Source of the DNA: a candidate division WOR-3 bacterium
Lineage (GTDB): Bacteria > Hydrothermota > Tepidihabitantia > Tepidihabitantales > Tepidihabitantaceae
DNA: 64,000 nt
Direction: 5' to 3'
Assembly: GCA_965648905.1 (NCBI GenBank)
Contig: CBFGIT010000003.1
Span: 1-64,000, forward strand
Shown here: positions 58,436 to 64,000 of the stretch, piece after piece
Position numbering within the stretch: position 1 is the stretch's first letter
Layout: the number at the start of each line of letters is the position of its first letter
Made by a program: the position numbers and the translations under genes
The notes under the pieces: generated by a model
Databases searched by the model: none
Seen by the model: the letters and a program-made list of their open reading frames with translations, nothing else
Told to the model about the DNA's origin: nothing

Positions 58436-59709
58436 GTTTCCTCCTGGGTTTGAATCACGGGAACGCCGGCGAGTCTCGTTAAGTCTGACCGCACCACCAG
58501 CACCTTGGCCGGCCGACCCGGCCGGATGCCCGACGAGTCCGCAAGGTGCAGCCGCAGATAGTTGTCGGTCAAAGCAGTTTGGCTCGTTTCGACCACTGCC
58601 GGACGGATGGTCCCGATGAATCGTTCTTCGTAGCGACGGCGCAGTTCAACGGCCAGACTCCTCAATTCGTGCACCCGGCGGCGCACTGCGCTTGAGTTTC
58701 TTCCGGACCGCGCGGGCGGCACGCTCGCGCCGGGCCGGGCCGAAAATGAGAAGACGTGCAGATAGGCGAGCTGCAGTTCCCGAACAAACTCGCAGGTTCG
58801 CTCAAACTCGGCCGAACCCTCGGTAGGGAAGCCGACGATGACGTCGGCGCCGATGCAGACATCAGGCCGTACCGACCGCAACCGGGTCACAAGTCGGCTG
58901 AAGTCGGCCGCAGTGTACTCTCGGCCCATCGCCCTGAGCACGCCGTCGTCTGCCGACTGCAGCGGTAAGTGGACGTGCGGGCAGATGCGTGGCTCAGCAA
59001 ACGTCTCAAGCAGTTCATCGTCGAACGTATCCGGCTCGATTGAACCAAGCCTGATTCTCGACTCCGGACTGACGCCGAGCAGCCGCCTGAGCAGCCCGGC
59101 CAGCCTGGTTCCATCCGGGTCAGCATACGTCCCAAGATTGAGGCCGGTCAAGACCAGCTCGTAGAATCCTTCGGATAGCAACTGCTCAACCTGAGCCACA
59201 ACACTCGCGGCCGGCACGGAACGCGGCATCCCTCTCAGGCGCGACACAACGCAGTAGGTGCAGCGTCGGGAACAGCCATCCTGTACCTTCAGAATTGCCC
59301 GGCTCCGTGCCGGCTCCGGACACAGTCCGGCAATGACCTGCTGCTTGTGCTCGTTGGTCCAGACCTCGTCCACACCCGGCAGCGCCCGAACCCTGCCCGG
59401 CGCGCGTTCAGCAAGGCACCCGAGCACCACCACCCGCGGTTTCGGCCGCAGCCGCACGACGCGATTGATGAGCTGGGTCGAGCTGCGGTCCGCGGCGGCG
59501 GTGACCGTGCAGGTGTTGACGTAGCAGACATCGGCGGTCGCCGGGTCGTCGTGAAGAGCGACGCCCTGCCGGAGCAGACTCCGGCGCAGGGCGTCACTCT
59601 CAGACTGATTCAGCCGGCAGCCGGCAGTGAGGACCGCCGCACGTGCCGCGGTGCTGAGGGCCGACTCGGAGCTAGCGTTCCTCTTCGAATTCGCGCAGAT
59701 GGTCCTCAA
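58432..59709 (-). CDS. mtaB: MtaB/MiaB-family tRNA methylthiotransferase (start uncertain)
   Basis: GCRLNQSES, NTCTVT, LKVQDGCSRRCTYC, H.HLPLQS, DVIVGFP, HVFSFSARPG, TDNY. Confidence 0.88.
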   Translation of the reverse strand: MRTICANSKRNASSESALSTAARAAVLTAGCRLNQSESDALRRSLLRQGVALHDDPATADVCYVNTCTVTAAADRSSTQLINRVVRLRPKPRVVVLGCLAERAPGRVRALPGVDEVWTNEHKQQVIAGLCPEPARSRAILKVQDGCSRRCTYCVVSRLRGMPRSVPAASVVAQVEQLLSEGFYELVLTGLNLGTYADPDGTRLAGLLRRLLGVSPESRIRLGSIEPDTFDDELLETFAEPRICPHVHLPLQSADDGVLRAMGREYTAADFSRLVTRLRSVRPDVCIGADVIVGFPTEGSAEFERTCEFVRELQLAYLHVFSFSARPGASVPPARSGRNSSAVRRRVHELRSLAVELRRRYEERFIGTIRPAVVETSQTALTDNYLRLHLADSSGIRPGRPAKVLVVRSDLTRLAGVPVIQTQEET

Positions 59710-61441
59710 GCGTGAACCGGTCGGTCAGTTCGTCTTCCCGGTAGCGGTCGCGGTCCCGGCCCTCCTGCCGCTCGGGTTCTTCTTCGGATTCGAGTTCCGG
59801 ATGCAGCGCCCGCTCGCTCAGCGCAATCCGGCGATACTCGGCATCAATCCGGATGACCTTGAGTTCGAGCTCCTCGCCGATCTGATACTTGTCCTTGGTC
59901 TTCTTGCCGCCCCGGCAGAGCATGTTCACCGGCACGAAACCCTCGATGCCGTGGTTCAGCGCCACGACCGCTCCAGGCTTGGGCAGGTCGACAATCCGCG
60001 CCCGGACCACGTCGCCTTCCTTCAGTTCCCGGCTCAGCCGGTAGAACGGGTCTTCCTGCACCTGTTTCAGGCCCAGGGTGATACGTCGGTTCTCCTTGTC
60101 AAGCCCGAGGATGATCGTCTCGACCTGCTGGCCCTTCTTCAGCTCCTCGCGCGGGTGCTTGATGCGCTTCGTCCACGAGATGTCGGCGTTGTGAATCAGT
60201 CCTTCGATGCCCTCCTCGATCTCGACGAACGCGCCGAAGTCCTTGAGGGCACGAACCCGCCCGGTGACCCGCTGGCCGACATGGAACTTGTCCTCGACCA
60301 GGGACCAGGGGTCAGGCAGGGTCTGCTTGAGCCCGAGCGATATGCGCCGATTCTCCTTGTCGATGTTGAGCACGACCGTTTCGACTTCCTCGTCGACCTG
60401 GACAATCTGGGACGGATGATGCACCGACTTGGTCCAGGACATCTCGGAGATGTGAATCAACCCTTCAATGCCCTTCTCCAGCTCAACGAACGCGCCGTAC
60501 TCGGCCAGCGTCGTCACCCGGCCGCGAATCCGCGAACCGACCGGGTACTTCTCCTCGACCCGCTCCCACGGGTGAGGCTGGAGCTGCTTCAAGCCGACGG
60601 TAATCCGGTTCGTCTGCGGGTCGGCCGACAACACCTTGACCTTGAGCTCGTCGCCGACATTGACAACCTCGGTCGGATGGACGACCTTGTTCCAGGCCAG
60701 GTCGGAAATGTGGAGCAGCGCATCGACGCCGCCGATGTCCACAAACGCGCCGAAGTCGGTGATCGTCTTCACCGTGCCGTCAATCACGTCGCCGACCGCG
60801 AGCCGGCTGAACACCTCGCGCCGCACCTGCTCCTGCCGTTCCTCTAGCAGTATCCGGCGGGAAACGACGATGTTCTTCTTATACCAGTTGACCGAAAGGA
60901 TTCTGACCTCAATCTGCTTGTTCAACAGCTCATCGAGATTGAGCACCGGCCGCAGGTCAACCTGCGAGCCGGGCAGAAACGCATCCAGTCCCAGGATTTC
61001 GACCGCCAGCCCGCCCTTCACGCGCTTGATGACCGTTGCCGGCACACCCTCGGCGCTCTCCGACTTCTGCTTGATGGTCTCCCAGGCGAGCTGGAAGTCG
61101 GCCTTTTTCTTCGATATTACCGGGAACCCGTCGCGGTCCTCGAGCAGGTCAACGTAGACCTTGACTTCCCGGCCTTCCTCGGCCTCGGTCTGGTTGCGAA
61201 ACTCCTCCAGCGGCAGCACACCCTCGGCCTTCAGGCCGATGTCCACAAGCACGGCATTGGGCAGCTTCTTGATGATGCGACCGGTGACAATCTCACCGGG
61301 CCGCAGCGTCGGAAAAGAACTCGCGTACAGGTCAGCCATTGACCGCTCGGCGACCGGTGCCGTCATTCCGACGGTCTGCCCGAAGCTATCAGCCTGGGGC
61401 GGGTGTGCGGTGCCACCATTGGGGATTTCATCATTCGACAT
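59672..61441 (-). CDS. rpsA: 30S ribosomal protein S1
   Basis: Six S1 repeats (AFLPGSQVD, DFGAFVD.GG, EGLIHISE.SW, ISLGLKQ). Confidence 0.97.
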   Translation of the reverse strand: MSNDEIPNGGTAHPPQADSFGQTVGMTAPVAERSMADLYASSFPTLRPGEIVTGRIIKKLPNAVLVDIGLKAEGVLPLEEFRNQTEAEEGREVKVYVDLLEDRDGFPVISKKKADFQLAWETIKQKSESAEGVPATVIKRVKGGLAVEILGLDAFLPGSQVDLRPVLNLDELLNKQIEVRILSVNWYKKNIVVSRRILLEERQEQVRREVFSRLAVGDVIDGTVKTITDFGAFVDIGGVDALLHISDLAWNKVVHPTEVVNVGDELKVKVLSADPQTNRITVGLKQLQPHPWERVEEKYPVGSRIRGRVTTLAEYGAFVELEKGIEGLIHISEMSWTKSVHHPSQIVQVDEEVETVVLNIDKENRRISLGLKQTLPDPWSLVEDKFHVGQRVTGRVRALKDFGAFVEIEEGIEGLIHNADISWTKRIKHPREELKKGQQVETIILGLDKENRRITLGLKQVQEDPFYRLSRELKEGDVVRARIVDLPKPGAVVALNHGIEGFVPVNMLCRGGKKTKDKYQIGEELELKVIRIDAEYRRIALSERALHPELESEEEPERQEGRDRDRYREDELTDRFTLEDHLREFEEER

Positions 61442-62286
61442 TAGACGGATACCTCCTGAACAGGATTTCGGACAATCTTAGCGACTTCTCTCACCACCCA
61501 CGATGGGGTAGACGAACCGGCAACGATGCCGACATGCCGGCTCTGTGCCATGACTCCACGCGGCACGTCCGCCGTGCGTTCAGCGAACACCACACGCCGG
61601 CCCGCGTCGCGGGCGATGTCAGCCAGACGGGAGCTGTTGGCGCTGTTGCGTCCACCGACCACGACAACCAGATCCACCTGTCGGGCAAGCCGGTCGGCCG
61701 CTTCCTGCCGCGCCGCGGCTTCCTCGCAGACGGTGTCGAAAACTCGCAGCTCAGTATAGCGAAAGCGACTGAGATTGGCAACAGCCTCCCGGAACCTCGA
61801 CCGTGACATGGTCGTCTGAGCAACGACCCCGACCTTACGTCCCTCCAGACGCATCCGCGGGTCCCATACCCGACCGGCCCGGCCGGTATGGCCGAGAATT
61901 GACCTTACTTCCGGATGGTCGCGCTCGCCGACAACGACGACCACATAGCCGTTGTCCTTGAGCCGCCGGGCAACGTTCTGAACCTTGCGTACATAGGGGC
62001 ACGTGGCGTCAATCGTGACGATGCCGAGGCCTCGGCACCGCTCCAGAACCCGGGGTGGACAGCCGTGTGCCCGGATTACGAGCGCACCCTCGCGCATCGG
62101 GCGGACCTGCGCCACGGCTCTGATGCCGTCGGCTGCCAGCTCTTCGAGCACAAGCGGATTGTGCACCAGTTCACCGAGCGTCGAGACCCGGCCGTATCGT
62201 TCCTTCCCGGCCTTGGCGAGCCGGATCGCCCGTTCGACACCGAAACAGAAACCGGTTGGACGGGCAATGGTAACACGCGGCATCAA
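61441..62286 (-). CDS. ispH: 4-hydroxy-3-methylbut-2-enyl diphosphate reductase
   Basis: GFCFGVERA, VHN, RAHG, DATCP, HPEV, QTT, NSANS. Confidence 0.95.
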   Translation of the reverse strand: MMPRVTIARPTGFCFGVERAIRLAKAGKERYGRVSTLGELVHNPLVLEELAADGIRAVAQVRPMREGALVIRAHGCPPRVLERCRGLGIVTIDATCPYVRKVQNVARRLKDNGYVVVVVGERDHPEVRSILGHTGRAGRVWDPRMRLEGRKVGVVAQTTMSRSRFREAVANLSRFRYTELRVFDTVCEEAAARQEAADRLARQVDLVVVVGGRNSANSSRLADIARDAGRRVVFAERTADVPRGVMAQSRHVGIVAGSSTPSWVVREVAKIVRNPVQEVSV

Positions 62287-62930
62287 CTACCGCCTTTGGC
62301 CATCAGACGGATGCAGTCGGCCACGGCCTGAGTGAGTCCGTCGTAGCCGGTCCGGTCACGGCTGAACCGGTCGGGCAGGACCGGGGTGCCGAACGAAACG
62401 CGAATGGCTGTTGGCCGAGTCGGGCGGCGGCGAAAACCCCGACGCACAAAGTCACGGTCCACCCAGTACGACACGTTGGACCGGTCCACGCCCGTAAGGC
62501 ACACCGGGATGACCGGCACACGGTTACTCAGCGCCAGGAAACCGATACCTGGCTGAAACTCCTGCAACTCGCCAGTTCTGCTCCGAGTCCCTTCAGGAAA
62601 CAAGACGATTGTCTTTCCTCTTCTGAGTAGCCAGGAACACTGCTTGAGTGCGGCCGAATCTGCTCCGCCACGCCGTACCGGCCAGGCGTTCCAGGTTCGA
62701 ATCAGCCAGGCGAACATCCGCGATGCTTTGAACAGCTCTTCCTTCGCCAGAAAATGAATCTCCCGGGCCGCAGCCATGCCGACAATCAACGGGTCGAAGT
62801 TGGACACATGATTGGCTGCAAGAATCTGGGGCCCACTCAAGAGGTTGTTCCGGCCCGTGACCCGCAGACGCAGCACCAAGCGGGCAAACGGGTAGGTCAA
62901 CAGCAGTCCTGCCCGCCACCTGAGTTTCAA
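62283..62930 (-). CDS. plsC: 1-acyl-sn-glycerol-3-phosphate acyltransferase
   Basis: NHVSNFD, LAKEELF, FPEGTRS, VPVIPV; start placed at TTG (LKLRW). Confidence 0.92.
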   Translation of the reverse strand: MKLRWRAGLLLTYPFARLVLRLRVTGRNNLLSGPQILAANHVSNFDPLIVGMAAAREIHFLAKEELFKASRMFAWLIRTWNAWPVRRGGADSAALKQCSWLLRRGKTIVLFPEGTRSRTGELQEFQPGIGFLALSNRVPVIPVCLTGVDRSNVSYWVDRDFVRRGFRRRPTRPTAIRVSFGTPVLPDRFSRDRTGYDGLTQAVADCIRLMAKGGS

Positions 62931-63015
62931 ACTGCAGCTCCGGTCTGCTCCGGCTGACTTTCCCGCATGTTGATATCTGGGCCCTGCAATCTGCCTTGCC
63001 TCTGTCTTCCGCTCG

Positions 63016-63765
63016 CTACCCTTTGACCCGGCAGCATCTGTCGAGCTGCCGTCGAACCAGGTCACACACGACCGCGACCTGCTCGTCGATTGTCAGTTCG
63101 GTCGTGTCCACCAGGAACGCGTCCTTGGCTCGGCACAAAGGACTCATCCGACGACGGGAGTCGATTCGGTCGCGCGTCGCCAGATTCGCCCGCACTGAGG
63201 CAGCACTGACTCTCCTGCCCTGCTGCCTCAGCTCCAGTTGCCGACGCCGGCTGCGCTCTTCATGGTCGCACACCAGGAACACTTTGACCTGGGCCTGAGG
63301 AAACACAACGCTGCCGATGTCACGGCCTTCGCAGACCACCATGCGCCCGCGGGCAAACCGTCGCTGCTCGGCCACGAGCTTCCGGCGCACCGCGGGAATC
63401 GCCGAGACCTGAGACACAAGCGCACTCACCCGGGGCTCGCGCACCGCCTGGGTCACGTCTCGACCATCAAGCACCACGCGCAGGTGGTCTTTCGCCCAAG
63501 CAACCGCGACCCGCGTACGCGCCAGCAGTCTGGCCAGCGCCCTGGCGTTCCTTGGCTTGATGCCGGATTCGATGACCTTGAGCGTCACCGCCCGGTACAT
63601 CGCTCCGGTGTCGAGATAGTCAAGTCCGAGCCGAAGCGCACAGTGTCGAGCGGTTGTGCTCTTGCCCGAGCCGGCCGGCCCGTCAATCGCCACGACGAAC
63701 CCGCCTCCTTGGTCAGTCGTCCGAGTTTCCCTTAATGGTTTCGAACCCTGCTGGTCCGGTCTCAT
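63016..63765 (-). CDS. cmk: Cytidylate kinase
   Basis: AIDGPAGSGKST, DTGAMYR, EGRDIGSVVFP, RD..DS.R..SPL. Confidence 0.96.
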   Translation of the reverse strand: MRPDQQGSKPLRETRTTDQGGGFVVAIDGPAGSGKSTTARHCALRLGLDYLDTGAMYRAVTLKVIESGIKPRNARALARLLARTRVAVAWAKDHLRVVLDGRDVTQAVREPRVSALVSQVSAIPAVRRKLVAEQRRFARGRMVVCEGRDIGSVVFPQAQVKVFLVCDHEERSRRRQLELRQQGRRVSAASVRANLATRDRIDSRRRMSPLCRAKDAFLVDTTELTIDEQVAVVCDLVRRQLDRCCRVKG

Positions 63766-64000
63766 TCGACCTGGCTCAACGCATACTGCTGGGCCAGTTG
63801 CAGTTGCATCGCCCACAGCCGTGAGGCGATTGCCTGGGCGATTACCCGCATCACGACATACCCGAGCTTCGGGTCCTCGTCAAACGCCTGTTGCAGCCGG
63901 GCGCTGTCAAACTCAAGGAAGGTGCAGTCGGTCAACGCCCTGCCACTGGCAGTGTAGTGCGGATTGCCGATGATGCCGGACCACGCAAACACGTGCCCGG
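63762..64000 (-). CDS. Cyclic-nucleotide-binding domain protein, 3' part (runs off the window end)
   Basis: G..FAWSG....YTAS..ALTD....D...L...F..DP.LGY..MR.IA..IA.RL; ATGA overlap with cmk. Confidence 0.75.
   Translation of the reverse strand, partial: GHVFAWSGIIGNPHYTASGRALTDCTFLEFDSARLQQAFDEDPKLGYVVMRVIAQAIASRLWAMQLQLAQQYALSQVE

Noticed and set aside
59627..60847. 406-aa plus-strand ORF, and similar long antisense ORFs at 9954-10994 and 37073-38038
   Set aside because: Antisense shadows of real genes, typical of high-GC codon bias.

Overview
64 kb of a GC-rich (roughly 60-65% by eye), diderm bacterial chromosome. Gene content and repeat style resemble candidate division WOR-3 or an FCB-related lineage; this is an inference and was not tested. 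Housekeeping blocks are zapB-zapA-6S RNA-rny-ymdB-hsp20-lon, tRNA-Ser(GGA) followed by copA, and a long minus-strand cluster cmk-plsC-ispH-rpsA-mtaB-skp-lpxD-lpxC-fabZ-lpxA-folC. Other genes include a pilin, two PTS-EIIA/ArsB-type permease fusions, a peptidoglycan-remodelling trio and several secreted proteins with T9SS/FlgD-like C-termini. An accessory region at about 22.7-37 kb holds an AAA-ATPase operon, a PD-(D/E)XK/GxxExxY nuclease cluster, three type II toxin-antitoxin operons each preceded by a copy of a ~95-bp heptamer-built direct repeat, and a structured leader driving an operon of two secreted Ig-like proteins plus a beta-barrel. The most unusual signals are at DNA level. (1) Two homologous elements 30 kb apart consist of 21-23 in-phase degenerate 12-mers, a conserved ~31-bp end motif and a TAAC-N17-GTTR dyad. 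(2) The TA operons form a repeat-delimited array of leaderless cassettes. (3) A GGGACA/TGTCCC palindrome family lies in-frame inside genes and at the end of an IS110 remnant. No CRISPR array or rRNA was seen. All product calls come from motif recognition by eye, not database searches.
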